From an uncultured delta proteobacterium (GTDB taxonomy: Bacteria > Desulfobacterota > Binatia > Binatales > Binataceae), in NCBI GenBank assembly GCA_963808235.1, contig CAWEEQ010000004.1, positions 768,001 through 832,000 on the forward strand: 64,000 bases of DNA, read 5' to 3'. This document shows, piece by piece, positions 30,743 through 42,600 of this stretch. Each line of letters opens with the position of its first letter. Positions within the stretch are counted from its first letter, which is position 1. The notes beneath the pieces are model-generated. The model was not told where the DNA came from. It saw nothing but the letters and a program-made list of their open reading frames with translations, and searched no databases. The position numbers and the translations under genes were made by a program.

Positions 30743-31738
30743 CTATTCTTCCGCCGGAGCATTTGCGAAGAACTGATGCCCGGTCAGATGCACGAACACG
30801 TCTTCGAGGGTGGGTTTGCCGAATGAGACTGATTCGACCTCATCGCCAAATGCGTCGACAAGATCGCGAACCAGTTCGTGCCCGCGAAGGCGTTCAATCC
30901 GAATCGTCCCATCGACCAATTGGCTCTTGAGCTTGAAGCGTTGGAGAATTTTTCGCTGCAGAACTTCAGACGCCTCGGTGCGGATCACGATCACGTCGCC
31001 GCCGACTTCCGACTTGAGTTCCGCGGGCGGTGCGATTGCGACCAGCTTCCCCTGGTGGAGAATTCCGATTCGATCGCATCGCTCGGCCTCTTCCATAAAG
31101 TGTGTCGTCAGCACCACGGTCACGCCGTCATGCTCGCGCAGGTAGCCGAGGTAATTGAAAAACTCGCGGCGCGCCGCCGGATCGAGACCGGTGCTCGGCT
31201 CATCGAGCAGCAACAGTTCCGGCTCGTGCAGGAGCGCCTTGGCGAGCTCGACGCGCCGCTGAAGTCCGCCCGACAGCGTCTCGACCAGGTCGCGTGCGCG
31301 TGGTGAGAGCCCGAGCCGCTCGAGCATCGCGGCAGTGCGCTCGCGCAGGCGCTTTCCGGTGATTCCATATAGATGTGCGTGAGCGGCAAGGTTCTCTGCC
31401 ACGGTCAGCTTGCCGTCGAGACTCGGATGCTGAAACACGACTCCGAGCTGGCGCCGCACCGAACTCGTTTCACCAGCGAGATCATGCCCGAGCATCCGCA
31501 CGATCCCGGACTGAATCGGCACCAGCGTCGAGAGCAACTTGAAAAGCGTCGTCTTGCCGCCGCCATTCGGACCGAGAAAGCTGAAAATTTCGCCGCGCGC
31601 AACCGTGAAACTTACGTCTGAGAGCGCCGCCCGCTCGCCGTAGCGAAAACCAACCGCGCTCGCGTCGATCGCGGACGAACTGCCACCTGCGGCGTGTTCA
31701 GCAGGTTCTGATCGATTAGAAATTGTCGAGGCGCCCAT
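30743..31738 (-). CDS. ABC exporter ATP-binding protein (DrrA-like)
   Basis: GPNGGGKT, LSGG, LLLDEP, PTLEDVF. Confidence 0.93.
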   Translation of the reverse strand: MGASTISNRSEPAEHAAGGSSSAIDASAVGFRYGERAALSDVSFTVARGEIFSFLGPNGGGKTTLFKLLSTLVPIQSGIVRMLGHDLAGETSSVRRQLGVVFQHPSLDGKLTVAENLAAHAHLYGITGKRLRERTAAMLERLGLSPRARDLVETLSGGLQRRVELAKALLHEPELLLLDEPSTGLDPAARREFFNYLGYLREHDGVTVVLTTHFMEEAERCDRIGILHQGKLVAIAPPAELKSEVGGDVIVIRTEASEVLQRKILQRFKLKSQLVDGTIRIERLRGHELVRDLVDAFGDEVESVSFGKPTLEDVFVHLTGHQFFANAPAEE

Positions 31739-31834
31739 GGTCAGAGATTAGGATTGATTATCATCTGCCGGTGCTCCCGCCGCAAACGGCGAAGCAGTCA
31801 CCAGCCGTGACAACCAGCCGCCGGAGATAAACCT

Positions 31835-32551
31835 TTACGGCTCGCCGAGTCCGCCCGCCGGCCGCGAGCCTTGCTCGGGCAGCCCGACTTCTGCGCGGTG
31901 CCATCCGTCCTGAAATGCGGTGGTGCGCTCCGCGCCGTTGCCGTGACCGGAGGCATGGCCGACGAAGTCGTCGCCGGTCATCAGGTAGTAGCGCGTAATT
32001 TCGTCCGGATCGAGCCGCCTGATCCCAAGCCGCGCGAGCGAGTAGCCGGAGAACTGATCGGCGGCAAGCTCCTTGTTTTTCACCGGGACGTTGTCCTGGC
32101 TGGGAGCGAAGTCGTCGTGCGCGAGATGGCCGATTTCGTGCGCGAAGATCGCATACAGCATCGGACGAACCGCGTCCTGATCGTCGATCCGCATCCACTT
32201 TCCCATCAGGCTGTCGAGGAACTCGCGGTTGTAAAAAATGCATCCGCCAGCATGCGCATGAGGCGAGACCGCGCTCACCGATTCATACAGCGGAAAATTA
32301 GTTCCCCACATATCGTTGAGCTGCGCGACGATCGACTTGTAGGGTTCCTGCGCCGGGCGCGCGGGCTCGCCGCATGGCTCGACGTTGTTGCCGGCTTTCG
32401 CCGCCGGGGCCTCCCTGGTTTCCGCCGGCGCGCTGGTGGTATGCCGCTCGATCACGTGCCAGTCGTCCTGAGCGCGGACCGATTCGGGTAATGCGACACT
32501 CGCGACAAACGCAAGTGCAAGTAGCGCCGATATGATGTTCGATCTTCTCAA
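31835..32551 (-). CDS. Secreted zincin (HExxH) metallopeptidase-like protein
   Basis: Signal peptide; FAHEIGH, ELAAD, HG..ER. Confidence 0.7.
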   Translation of the reverse strand: MRRSNIISALLALAFVASVALPESVRAQDDWHVIERHTTSAPAETREAPAAKAGNNVEPCGEPARPAQEPYKSIVAQLNDMWGTNFPLYESVSAVSPHAHAGGCIFYNREFLDSLMGKWMRIDDQDAVRPMLYAIFAHEIGHLAHDDFAPSQDNVPVKNKELAADQFSGYSLARLGIRRLDPDEITRYYLMTGDDFVGHASGHGNGAERTTAFQDGWHRAEVGLPEQGSRPAGGLGEP

Positions 32552-34236
32552 TGCGTTACGGCGCCGCGTGAGGACGACGATACCTGGTGCGCATACTTCG
32601 CCATCACGCCGCTCTTGTAGTGTGGCTCGGGTGACTTCCAGTCTTTGAGCCGCGCCTTGATCTCCGCATCGGTGAGTTCAACGTCGAGGCGGCGCTTCGC
32701 TACGTCGAACGTGATCGTGTCACCGTCGCGAAGCGCCGCGATCGGTCCGCCGACGAATGCCTCAGGCGCGATATGTCCCGCCATCAGACCGTGCGTCGCG
32801 CCTGAAAAACGTCCGTCAGTCATCAGCGCCACCGAGTCGCCAAGTCCCTCTCCCACCAGTGCCGCCGTGACGCCGAGCATTTCCGGCATCCCGGGCGCGC
32901 CCTTGGGACCCTCGTAGCGAATCACCATCACGTCGCCGGCTTTGATCTGCCGCTTCGAGACCGCTCGGAACGCATCGTCTTCCGAGTTGAACACGCGTGC
33001 GGGCCCCCGGTGCTTCATCAGCTCGTGCCCGGCGACTTTGACCACGCATCCTTCCGGCGCAAGGTTGCCTTTCAGAATCACCAGCCCGCCGGTTTCTTTC
33101 AGGGGATTCTTGAGCGCGCGGACGACCTCTTGTCCCGCCGTTTCGCGCGCGGCGTCGGCCTCTACGCCGATCGTCTTGCCGGTGACTGTCATTTCGTTTT
33201 GATGCAGCAAACCGGCTTCCTTCAGCCGTTTCGCGACGAGCGGAATTCCACCCGCCTTGTACATGTCGGTGGCCATGAAGCGGCCGCCCGGCTTCAGGTC
33301 GGCGAGCAGCGGAGTGCGCGAGCTGATGCGATCGAAATCGTCGATATCCAGCGCGATTCCCGCTTCCGTCGCAATCGCGAGAAGGTGCAGCACCGCATTG
33401 GTCGAGCCGCCGGTCATCGCGACCGCCGCGATCGCATTCTCAATCGCCTTCTTGGTGATTATCTGGCTCGGCCGCAAGTTCCTCTTCAGCAAATCGACCG
33501 CGAGTCGCCCGGCATCGAACGCGCTCTCAGGCTTTTTCGGATCGGTCGCCGGGATACTGTTCGACCCCATCGGTGAGATGCCGAGAAGTTCAGTCGCAGT
33601 CGCCATCGTGTTGGCCGTGAACTGGCCGCCGCATGCGCCAACTCCCGGACACGCAACGTCTTCGAGGCGCTTCAGATCCTCGAGCTTCATCTTGCCGGCC
33701 GAATGCGCGCCGACCGCCTCGAACACATCCTGAATCGAAACGTCCTGATCGCCGAAGCGTCCCGGCTGAATCGATCCGCCGTAGATCATCAGCGAGGGCA
33801 GGTCGAGTCGGAGCAGTGCCATCACCGTCGCGGGGATTGTTTTGTCGCACCCCGACATCGCAACGACGCCGTCGAACAGATGCCCTCGCACAGTGAGTTC
33901 GATCGAGTCCGCGATTACCTCGCGGCTGATCAGCGACGCACGCATTCCATGGGTGCCCATCGAGATTCCGTCGCAAACCGCAATCGTGTTGAACTCTATC
34001 GGCGTCGCGCCGGCGTCGCGAATTCCGCGTTTCACGTGCTCGGCCAAATCGCGCAGATGCGCGGTGCATGGCATGATCTCGATCCACGTATGGGCGACGC
34101 CTATGAGCGGCTTGCTCAAGTCCTCGTCGGTGAAGCCGACCGCTTTGAACATCGCTCGCGCAGGCGCCCGCGAGGGTCCATCGACCAGGATGCTGCTATT
34201 TGATCTCAGCGAATGGTTGTTGTCGTGGTCTGCCAT
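32548..34236 (-). CDS. ilvD: Dihydroxy-acid dehydratase
   Basis: [42 protein letters not shown]. Confidence 0.96.
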   Translation of the reverse strand: MADHDNNHSLRSNSSILVDGPSRAPARAMFKAVGFTDEDLSKPLIGVAHTWIEIMPCTAHLRDLAEHVKRGIRDAGATPIEFNTIAVCDGISMGTHGMRASLISREVIADSIELTVRGHLFDGVVAMSGCDKTIPATVMALLRLDLPSLMIYGGSIQPGRFGDQDVSIQDVFEAVGAHSAGKMKLEDLKRLEDVACPGVGACGGQFTANTMATATELLGISPMGSNSIPATDPKKPESAFDAGRLAVDLLKRNLRPSQIITKKAIENAIAAVAMTGGSTNAVLHLLAIATEAGIALDIDDFDRISSRTPLLADLKPGGRFMATDMYKAGGIPLVAKRLKEAGLLHQNEMTVTGKTIGVEADAARETAGQEVVRALKNPLKETGGLVILKGNLAPEGCVVKVAGHELMKHRGPARVFNSEDDAFRAVSKRQIKAGDVMVIRYEGPKGAPGMPEMLGVTAALVGEGLGDSVALMTDGRFSGATHGLMAGHIAPEAFVGGPIAALRDGDTITFDVAKRRLDVELTDAEIKARLKDWKSPEPHYKSGVMAKYAHQVSSSSRGAVTH

Positions 34237-34307
34237 CCTTGCATTTGTATAACAGCGCGCGCTTTCGCGAAATCCCGGCAGAGGCCAGCCCCTGTCGCGC
34301 TTGCCGA

Positions 34308-34781
34308 TCAGCCCTTTGCGGCGAGGTTGTTGCGCAGTCGCGCCTTGCTCTCCGGCGACCACACCTTATCGATGCTATAAGCGGTTTCGAACGCGCGCGC
34401 TCCCTCTGGGAGCCGCAGCCAGGGCACTTTGCTGCGGGTGAAGATGTGCACGTCGGGAGTGACGGCGTCGGGCGTGTCGAGTGTCCCAGCGCGAACGAAA
34501 AGCGCATCGCCGGGCGCGACGTGATAGCGGCTCCATACGTAGGTGCCGCAGTTGTCGCAGAAGAACACCTCGTGATCCTTTCCGGTGCCGCCCTTGAGCG
34601 TGAACGACTTCGGAGTCGCGCCCGTTCTTTCCACGAACTTGCTCTCGATCCATATGTTGATCACAAAGCCGCTGCCGGTAACACGCTGACAATCACGGCA
34701 GTGACAGGCGTGCACAATCAGCGGGCTCGAGGTCAATTTGTATCGGATCGATCCGCAAGAACATCCACCTTCCAGATTCAT
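34308..34781 (-). CDS. GFA (CENP-V) family Zn protein
   Basis: [20 protein letters not shown]. Confidence 0.9.
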   Translation of the reverse strand: MNLEGGCSCGSIRYKLTSSPLIVHACHCRDCQRVTGSGFVINIWIESKFVERTGATPKSFTLKGGTGKDHEVFFCDNCGTYVWSRYHVAPGDALFVRAGTLDTPDAVTPDVHIFTRSKVPWLRLPEGARAFETAYSIDKVWSPESKARLRNNLAAKG

Positions 34782-34800
34782 AAGAAATCTCCGTATGAGG

Positions 34801-34839
34801 AAAAAGATTGCCCCGATCGGATGCGCACCGATCGGGGCA
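34801..34839 (-). terminator. Intrinsic terminator-like hairpin between the VOC and GFA genes
   Basis: 12-bp stem TGCCCCGATCGG/CCGATCGGGGCA followed by ATCTTTTT on the minus strand. Confidence 0.6.
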
Positions 34840-34853
34840 GCGCCGTGCGTTAG

Positions 34854-35216
34854 CTATTCTTCCTGATGGCAGACGGCCTCGATGTTGTTGCCGTCGGGAT
34901 CCTTCACGAAACCGCCGTAGTAGTTGGCGTGATACTGGGGCCTGAGGCCGGGCTCTCCATTGTCCTTGCCGCCGGCGGGCAGAGCCGCGCCATAGAATTT
35001 CCTGACACTGGCCCGGTCTTTCGCCGTGAATGCGACATGCACGGATCCCTTTGACTCACCCTTGCTCAGCCATAGGGCAGGTGCGTCTTTGGGTCCGAAG
35101 CCGACCACGCCGTCGTCCTCGTACTGGACGCTGAAGCCCAGGGGAGCCAAAGCGGCCGTGTAGAAACGCTTGCTCGCATTGATGTCCTTCACCTTCAACA
35201 TGATGTGATCAAACAT
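34854..35216 (-). CDS. VOC/glyoxalase family protein
   Basis: MFDH..HVAF..GGKDNGEPGLRPQYH..DPDGNNIEAVC. Confidence 0.9.
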   Translation of the reverse strand: MFDHIMLKVKDINASKRFYTAALAPLGFSVQYEDDGVVGFGPKDAPALWLSKGESKGSVHVAFTAKDRASVRKFYGAALPAGGKDNGEPGLRPQYHANYYGGFVKDPDGNNIEAVCHQEE

Positions 35217-35264
35217 AACTCTCTCCTTCTCCTTGAATTTTTCGTTCGCAGATCGTTTCTGGTT

Positions 35265-35519
35265 TCAGTGCTGTCCGCGCCATGCAGGCATGTCAGCCAG
35301 CAGATCGCGCGCGAGACGCTTCGCCGCTTCCGGCGTCACTCCCTGGCTCTGCTCGTAGATGCGCGCGTTGCAGTCGAGCACCTGCTCGTATGGCAGCAGC
35401 TCGCCCCGCGCATCGGTGCAGTAGCTGCAGTAGGGACGGGTCACGTCACCGAGCGCGAAGTCCTCGGGCTTCTCCATAGGCATTCCACATGAACCACACG
35501 AGATACATTTTTCGGCCAT
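35265..35519 (-). CDS. Putative zinc-ribbon domain protein
   Basis: CGSCGMPM..YCSYC..MPAW. Confidence 0.8.
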   Translation of the reverse strand: MAEKCISCGSCGMPMEKPEDFALGDVTRPYCSYCTDARGELLPYEQVLDCNARIYEQSQGVTPEAAKRLARDLLADMPAWRGQH

Positions 35520-35534
35520 ATCGTTGCCTCCTTT

Positions 35535-36122
35535 TCAGGGTTTCACCAGCGTCATAAAATGCTGCACCAGAGCCTCTCCATGTTCCGCGATCACCGAGCC
35601 TCCGTTCGCGAACATGTCTCGATTCACCAGGTAATGATGGACCAGGCCGATCCACGTGTTGAACAGCAGCGGCCGCTCAATCTTGCGCGCGCGGCCGAGT
35701 TTGCGTTCCCGCTCCAGCGCCATAAAGAGCCGTTGCGAAATGGCCGCATGAAGCATCAGCAAGGTGCTGCGCACCTTTGGCGGCAGCATCGGCGCTTCGA
35801 TCACCAGGCGCGAGTAGAAGGGCTCGAACTCGGCGAGCACCTTAAGATGCGCTCGCAGCACCGCCCGCAGTCCAAGATCCTTTTCGAGGACCTGGCGAAA
35901 CTCGACTTGCAGCCGGCGCCCGAACTCGTCGATCACGGCGATCACCAGGTCGTCGCGCTTGGGGAAATGAACGAACACGTTGCCGTGCGACATGCGGATC
36001 GACCTGGCGATGTCGGCGGTGGTGGTCTCGGCGATTCCGTTGCGCGCAAATAGCGCCATCGCCGCGTTGACCAGCCGTCCTCGGGTCGCAACCTTCTGTT
36101 CTTGCCGGGTCGCCGCCTGCAT
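35535..36122 (-). CDS. TetR/AcrR family regulator
   Basis: N-terminal HTH TTTADIA..SHGNVFVHFPKRDDL. Confidence 0.9.
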   Translation of the reverse strand: MQAATRQEQKVATRGRLVNAAMALFARNGIAETTTADIARSIRMSHGNVFVHFPKRDDLVIAVIDEFGRRLQVEFRQVLEKDLGLRAVLRAHLKVLAEFEPFYSRLVIEAPMLPPKVRSTLLMLHAAISQRLFMALERERKLGRARKIERPLLFNTWIGLVHHYLVNRDMFANGGSVIAEHGEALVQHFMTLVKP

Positions 36123-36140
36123 CTTCCTTCCCCGGAATAA

Positions 36141-36198
36141 CTGAGTGAAGACTCAGTGAGTCCATACTCACCATACGAGCCGGGCGCTTCTATGTCAA
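36141..36198 (-). promoter_or_regulatory. TetR operon promoter with two abutting palindromic operators
   Basis: TTGACA-17 bp-TATGGT on the minus strand; CTGAGT-gaag-ACTCAG (36141-36156) and GTGAGT-ccat-ACTCAC (36156-36171). Confidence 0.75.
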
Positions 36199-36283
36199 GG
36201 GGTCAAACGCCGCCATCCTTTGAGCATTCAGATGATGCTGTTAGAATCTGCCCGACTCGAATGATTTGCTGTCGCAGAACGGC

Positions 36284-36360
36284 GCCCCCTTAGCTCAGAT
36301 GGATAGAGCACAGGATTCCTAATCCTGGGGCCGTGGGTTCGAATCCCGCAGGGGGCACCA
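36284..36360 (+). tRNA. tRNA-Arg(CCT)
   Basis: Acceptor GCCCCCT/AGGGGGC, anticodon stem CAGGA-TTCCTAA-TCCTG, GTTCGAA, encoded CCA. Confidence 0.97.
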
Positions 36361-36387
36361 GGTTTTTCGCGACAGCAGGCAGCGGCG

Positions 36388-36840
36388 TTAAACAGACCCC
36401 GCCGGCGCAACCGTTCCGCGTATTACCAGCACCGGGCAGGCAGCTTCCCGAATGACATGCTCAGTGACGCTTCCCAGAACGAAATGTCCGAGGCCCTTGC
36501 GCCCATGCGTAGCCATCACGATCAAGTCCACGCCGAGCTCCTGAGCAGCCCGCACGATATCAGTATCAGGCACGCCCGTTCTGACATCGATCACATATTT
36601 CACAGCGGCCTTCACGGTCTTTCGGACTATTCGCGCGAGCCTCGCTTTCGCTTCCTTCTCCCACCGTGGCTCGGCGTCAAATGGTAGTGGCACGTCCATA
36701 TCCTGGGTAGGCACTCTGGCAATGTGCAGTATGTAGAGAGTGGCATTGCTTTCTTTTGCGAGCGAGGTCGCCAAAGACAACGCAACGGTCGTATTTTCAT
36801 CGAATTCGAAGGCACATAATATCTTGCTGTAATTCAGCAT
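36388..36840 (-). CDS. Universal stress protein
   Basis: DLIVMATHGRKGL..LGSVTEHVIREAACPVL. Confidence 0.92.
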   Translation of the reverse strand: MLNYSKILCAFEFDENTTVALSLATSLAKESNATLYILHIARVPTQDMDVPLPFDAEPRWEKEAKARLARIVRKTVKAAVKYVIDVRTGVPDTDIVRAAQELGVDLIVMATHGRKGLGHFVLGSVTEHVIREAACPVLVIRGTVAPAGSV

Positions 36841-36875
36841 AGGTTCGGATTCGCCATTCCGGGCGGAAGCCGCCG

Positions 36876-38408
36876 CTAGAATTCCGCGAGCGATCGACCG
36901 GCCGCTCTATCGACCGCTGCCTTGGTCATGGAAAATCCGTAGAGGGCATCGGCGTACGCAGCATCGTCAAAAGTGTAGCTGCGCTGCGCATCTTCCAGTT
37001 CGATAATGCTTGTCAGGCCTGCTTCATAGCGCTTCTCCGCGAGTTCCAGTTCCGCATGTGAAGCAGCAAGCGTCCTTTCCGCGCGGGAGATGCGCTGAAG
37101 AGAAGCCTGCCAATTGAGAAACGCAGTACGGACCTGCAAGTTTATTTCTTGCCGCAGATCTTCGATCGCGCGCAGGATCGCGTGTTGCCGAAACCTCGTC
37201 TCCGCAATCTGGTCGGTAGTTAGAAAGCTGTTGAAGATTGGCCATGTGATCACGATCCCGACATTGAAATTATTCGCGGCAGGAGTTCCGGTCCCGAGCG
37301 CTGAGTAACCGCCCACCGCACTGGCGGTGGGATAGTAGTCACTCTGATACTCGACGATTTTCGCACCCATGGCTTTCGCCTGATCCTGCAGCGCCTTCAA
37401 ATCCGGTCTGGTTCGAAAAGCCGCGTCAAGCAACCCATTTAATGAGTCGTTGATCGGATGGTAGGTCAGGATGTCTGCTGGTTCAAACGCGGGTGCCGAG
37501 TCACTGAGACCCAGAGCATTGTCCAGCGCAACCTTTGCGTCTTCGTCATCATTACGGGCGTCGACGAGATGCAATTGAGCTCGCTCAACTTCGGCTTGCG
37601 TAACATAAGTATCGAGCTGTGGGCGCAGACCGGCGTTAGCCTTAACCTGAGCCTCGTGCAGATGATATTGACGCTGCTCCAGTGCCTTCTCGTAAACCTC
37701 GATCAGTCGTTTCGCTTGCAGCAACGCGAAGTATCGTTGCGAGACCTCGAAGATCAAATCAAGCTCAGTGAGCTGCTGATCGGCAGCCACGGCAGCAGCT
37801 TCAAACTGTCGCTCCGAAACAAATCCATGTCGGCGGCCGAAATCGACAAGAAACTGGGAGAGGCTCACGCCTCCCATGTAGTTATTGCTGGTGTCCCAAC
37901 CTTGCGAAGTATCATTCGCCGGGAGGTTGTGATTGGTTCCACTTATTCGCGGAAACGCTCCGTCCGGATTGTAGTAGCTCGCATTGCCGATGCCATTGTC
38001 GGTGCTGCGCAAATATTGCGCGGCACCAAATAGTTGCGGACCCAGGTACGATCGCGCCTGGCCGATTTGCTCCTGAGCGGCGCTGGTGTTGTCCGCCGCT
38101 TCCTGGAGTCTCGGGTGATATTTCAGAGCGATCGCGATTGCTTCCTTGAGTGTCAATTGCGAGCCCGGCAGAATTGGTCCGGCGCTTGAGCCGGTCGGCT
38201 CGGATCGGGCCGTTTGGCTGGAAGTTGACGAGTTGATAGTTGACGCCGTCCCTAGCGACCAGCTGGTTCCTGGCCCCGGCGTTCCCGTAGCCGACGCCGC
38301 AGTTTGCGTTTCACCGAGTAGTACCTCCGCGGGGCCCGCGGCGTTAGCGACGCCATGAGCTGAGAGAAGGAGGTATGCGACAAGAAGCAGGATTCGCGAA
38401 GATTCCAT
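36876..38408 (-). CDS. TolC family outer-membrane channel
   Basis: Signal peptide, LTLKEAIAIAL, AEKRYEAGL; in an operon with RND and MFP. Confidence 0.9.
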   Translation of the reverse strand: MESSRILLLVAYLLLSAHGVANAAGPAEVLLGETQTAASATGTPGPGTSWSLGTASTINSSTSSQTARSEPTGSSAGPILPGSQLTLKEAIAIALKYHPRLQEAADNTSAAQEQIGQARSYLGPQLFGAAQYLRSTDNGIGNASYYNPDGAFPRISGTNHNLPANDTSQGWDTSNNYMGGVSLSQFLVDFGRRHGFVSERQFEAAAVAADQQLTELDLIFEVSQRYFALLQAKRLIEVYEKALEQRQYHLHEAQVKANAGLRPQLDTYVTQAEVERAQLHLVDARNDDEDAKVALDNALGLSDSAPAFEPADILTYHPINDSLNGLLDAAFRTRPDLKALQDQAKAMGAKIVEYQSDYYPTASAVGGYSALGTGTPAANNFNVGIVITWPIFNSFLTTDQIAETRFRQHAILRAIEDLRQEINLQVRTAFLNWQASLQRISRAERTLAASHAELELAEKRYEAGLTSIIELEDAQRSYTFDDAAYADALYGFSMTKAAVDRAAGRSLAEF

Positions 38409-38468
38409 TGTTAGCTCACCCGCCTGTTCGGCGATCTATTTCGTGTTGACCCCCTTGGCTAGTTCAGA

Positions 38469-39677
38469 TCAGTCGGAGCTTTGAACTGGCGCCGACTTAG
38501 TCTGCACATCCCGGTTCTCTATCCTACAATCAACTGGGACTCCCGGAGTGAGAGTGCTGCTATAGGTCGTCACTACCAGCGACTTCGCCGACACCCCCGA
38601 GGTTACCTCTACATAAGCGCCGTTGTTGATCCCCGTTTTAGCCGGAACTTCGGCAAGACGGCCGTTGTCTACAATCAATAGGCGCGCTGAGCCTCCCGAT
38701 CCCTGAATCGCTGAGGCCGGTACACTCAGAGCGTCAGGATGCCGGATCAGTTCGATGCTGACGTGCGCATAGCTTCTCGGATAGATCAGGCGGTTCGGAT
38801 TATCTATGTCGACCTCAGTCAGCATTGTGCGAGTTGCGAGATCGAGCGACGACGCATACCTGGCGACGATGCCATTGAAGACTCGGCCAGGAAATTCGTC
38901 GAAGTGCAGCATCGCCGGGGTGCCACGATGGATGAACGGATATGAAGCCTCCGGAACGTAGATATAGACTCGTAATTTATCTATGTCGGCGAGCGTCAGG
39001 ATCGGGCCGCCACCCTCGCGATGCCCTCCGGCGCCCTCAGTAGCTCCTGGGGAAATCAACCCCGAGGTTTCGTCAACTCCAAGGTCACCGCCGCCGGCGC
39101 GGATCAGAGCCCCGGGATCGGCGAATCGCCCAGTGATTACTCCATCGAAGGGCGCGATGATTTTTGTATATGAGAACATAGTCTGCAGGGTTGCAACCGC
39201 GGCTTGAGCCTCACGATACTTGGCATAAGCCATGTCGACGTCTTGCTGCGATATCAGCCGTGAGTCACTCTGCTGGACCTTCTTCAAACGATCATAAGTT
39301 ATGCGCTCGATTTCGAGGCTAGCCTGCGAGCGCGTTAGGTTCGATTGCAGTTCCGGTACTTCGATTTCGGCCAGCACCTGACCGGTCTTGACCGAGTCGC
39401 CCTTGTCCACGCTGATACTCTTCAAGTATCCGGTGACTTTCGAATGAAGAGCAGCCTCGTAGAAGCCCACAACGTCGCCTGGGAGTTCGATACTTTTGTC
39501 TATTTCTCCACGGCGTGGATATACAACGTTCACTATCGGTCGTTGAGTCGTAGTCATGGGCGTGACAGGCGTGTCGCAGCCGCTCGTGCATAAAACGACG
39601 ATCGATAAGATAGTCGTTACTGCCCAGCCTAAACCCCTCACTGTCGTTTGCTCCCCGGGAACTAGTAGCATGGACAT
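38469..39677 (-). CDS. RND periplasmic adaptor (MFP)
   Basis: VDKGDSVKTGQVLA, IIAPFDGVIT, ATRTMLTEV; TGATG coupling to the RND gene. Confidence 0.9.
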   Translation of the reverse strand: MSMLLVPGEQTTVRGLGWAVTTILSIVVLCTSGCDTPVTPMTTTQRPIVNVVYPRRGEIDKSIELPGDVVGFYEAALHSKVTGYLKSISVDKGDSVKTGQVLAEIEVPELQSNLTRSQASLEIERITYDRLKKVQQSDSRLISQQDVDMAYAKYREAQAAVATLQTMFSYTKIIAPFDGVITGRFADPGALIRAGGGDLGVDETSGLISPGATEGAGGHREGGGPILTLADIDKLRVYIYVPEASYPFIHRGTPAMLHFDEFPGRVFNGIVARYASSLDLATRTMLTEVDIDNPNRLIYPRSYAHVSIELIRHPDALSVPASAIQGSGGSARLLIVDNGRLAEVPAKTGINNGAYVEVTSGVSAKSLVVTTYSSTLTPGVPVDCRIENRDVQTKSAPVQSSD

Positions 39678-42600
39678 CAGCCTCGGTCCTCATTCGGCGT
39701 CTGCACGGCCGCTGCCCGTTCGATCCGCCGATAGAAGAACTCGTAAATGCAAGGGACGAGAAACAATGTAAGTACGGTGGACACCGCAAGACCGCCCACC
39801 GCGGCCCTTGCCAGGGGAGCCGAAGCTTCTGATCCCTCGCCGAGCTTCAACGCGATCGGCATAAGACCAGCCACCGTGGCCAAGGCGGTCATCAGGATTG
39901 GCCGCATTCTTATGCGGGCGGAATCGATCGCCGCGCGTCTTAGCTCATGTCCCTGGCGGCGTCGTTCATTGGCGAAGTCGACGAGCAAAATCGAATTCGA
40001 CACAACGATACCGACCATCACGATGATCCCCATGAACGATTCTATGTTGAGTGTGGTTCCTGTCGCCCACAACGTCCAGATGACGCCTATCAATCCCATC
40101 GGGACCGCGAACATGATGATGAAGGGGTCCAGGAAAGACCGAAATTGAGCCACCATCACCAGGTAAAGTAGAACGACCGCCAGCGAGAGACCGAAGCCGA
40201 AGCTCGAGAAAGATTTCTGCATCGAGCTTACGGCGCCGCGGTACCTGACGGAGACGCCCGGAGGGAGAGTCATCTTGCTCACCTCGCGCTGGATTTTCTC
40301 CTGCGTGCCACCCAGATCCTGGGTGCTGGGTGCGACGAGCAGATCGACAATCCGCTGAATGCTGTAATGATCTGCTTCGGAAGGGTGGGATTCGGGAGCA
40401 ATAGACGCCACATCACGCAGCAAAAGGCTCTGCGCGTGTCCCGTTTCCTTGTTCACAGTCTCGATAGGGATGTTTTGCAGCACCTCCAGAGAATCAAAGC
40501 CATTCTGGGCGCCTAGGTACTGCACCGTCAGAAAGTAGTCGTCCTTGTTTGCGCGATCGATCCAGATCGATGGTTTAATGTACAGGTTTGAATCGAGCGC
40601 GGTGATGACGTTCTGAATGACTTCCTGCTGCGCTACGCCCAAACGCGCCGCTCTCACGCGGTCGACCTTGATGTTTAGTGTCGGATAGTCCAATTCCTGG
40701 GCGATGAAGCTCTGCGAAACTTGAGAGAGGGCGTTGATTCTCGCTTGAAGTTCCTTCGCCGCATTATGCAACTCGGTAAAGCTACTACCGGCAAATTCGA
40801 CATCGATGGGAGCTATCTTCCCGAGATTGAGAACGGAGTCGATTATGCTGCCTGAGGAAAACAGGGTACGGGCGTTCGGCAGTTGTATAGGGAGCAGTTG
40901 CTTCAACCGGGCTACATAGTATTGGGTCGGATGTCGGTGACCGGACTTGAGCGCCACCTGCATGAAACCTGAATCCTGGGCCGAGTTAGGCGAGTAAATC
41001 GCCGATATGCTGGGGGCAATTCCGATATTCGAAACGACCATGTCGAGCTCGTCCGGCGGAATCACCTTTCTGACAAGGTCTTCGATTCGACGCGCCATAT
41101 CGGTGGTCAGTTCAATACGAGTACCGGCTGGCGCGCGAAAATTGATCGTGAACATTCCCGCATCGGTCTCCGGAAACAACTCGGTACCGAGACGTGGATA
41201 CATCGCGAGACTTACGACGAACAGAATCGTAACCCCCACGATGACCACAGACTTGTGGTCCAGCGCATTTTCAAGAAGACGCTCGTAAGCGGAGGCAAAG
41301 CGCTCATACGCGCGATTGAAGATCGCGAACACCCCGGAAGATTCGCCGTGCTCCGCCGCGAGCGCCTGTTCGCGGGTGAGAAAACGAGCACAGTAGATCG
41401 GTATTACGCTCATCGCGACCAGATACGACGCGGCCATCGATAGCACCACCGCCAGCGCCAGCGCACTAAACAGGTACTTCGAGACTCCAAACAGAAACAT
41501 GACCGGGAAGAAGACGATGCAGGTGGTAACGGTCGACGCCAGAACCGGTAGCGCGACCTCCTCGGCCCCATCACGTGCTGCAGCGTGCGGTTCCTTGCCT
41601 TCGGCAAGATGACGGTTGATGTTCTCGAGGACAACCACCGAGTCATCGACTAGTCGGCCGATCGCAAGCGCGAAGCCTCCAAGGGTCATGATGTTCAGCG
41701 TCGAGCCATTGAAGTATAGACCGAATGCCCCTGCCAGAATGGAAAGTGGAATCGAAAGAAAAATCGCAAAGGTCGATCGGAAGCTGCCGAGAAATATAAG
41801 AATCATGAGCGAGGCCAGAACTGCACCGGATATGGCCTCATGTTCGAGACTATCTACCGCCTGTCTGACGTAGATGGACTGGTCTAGTATGGTCTTCAGT
41901 TTCATCCCGGCTGGCAGGCCGAAAACGTTTGGAATCAGTTGCTTGACGCCATCCACCACCGAAATGGTATTGGCGCCGGCTTGGCGAAGAACCGGGATGT
42001 ATACCGACGGTTGCCCGTTAATCAGCACCGTATTGTATTGAATCTGAGCAGAGTCTGTGACCTTACCGACATCATCCATCAGCACGGGGGCCTGACCACG
42101 TCCTATCTTCACTGGCACCTGGTTAATATCGGGCACCTTTTCGATCAAGCTGTTCGAATAGATGTAGTAATCCTTGGATCCGATCTTGACGTCGCCTGCG
42201 GGCAAGATGACGTTGGACGTGTCGAGCGCACTGACAACGTCCATTAGCGACAGGCCACGCGCTTGCAGCGCTTGCGGATTTGCGTATGCCATCACCTGTC
42301 GAAACTTGCCGCCGAAGGGAATCGGTACCGACGCGCCCGGCACCGTCGCCAGCTGATTGCGAACGTTGTAGCGGGCTTGATCCTCGAGTTGCGTCTCGTT
42401 GTAACCTTTACCTCCGAGCGTGACCAACACCACCGGCAGAGATGATGCGTCGTACTGCAGCACCAGCGGCGGGAGCGTCCCCGGCGGCAGAACCCCGAGA
42501 TCGGCCTCCGCCAAGGTTCCCATCTGCGCGGCGGCAGCCGCAACGTCGGTGCCCGGCTGAAAGAACACTTTGATGATGCTCACACCCGACAGCGAACGCG

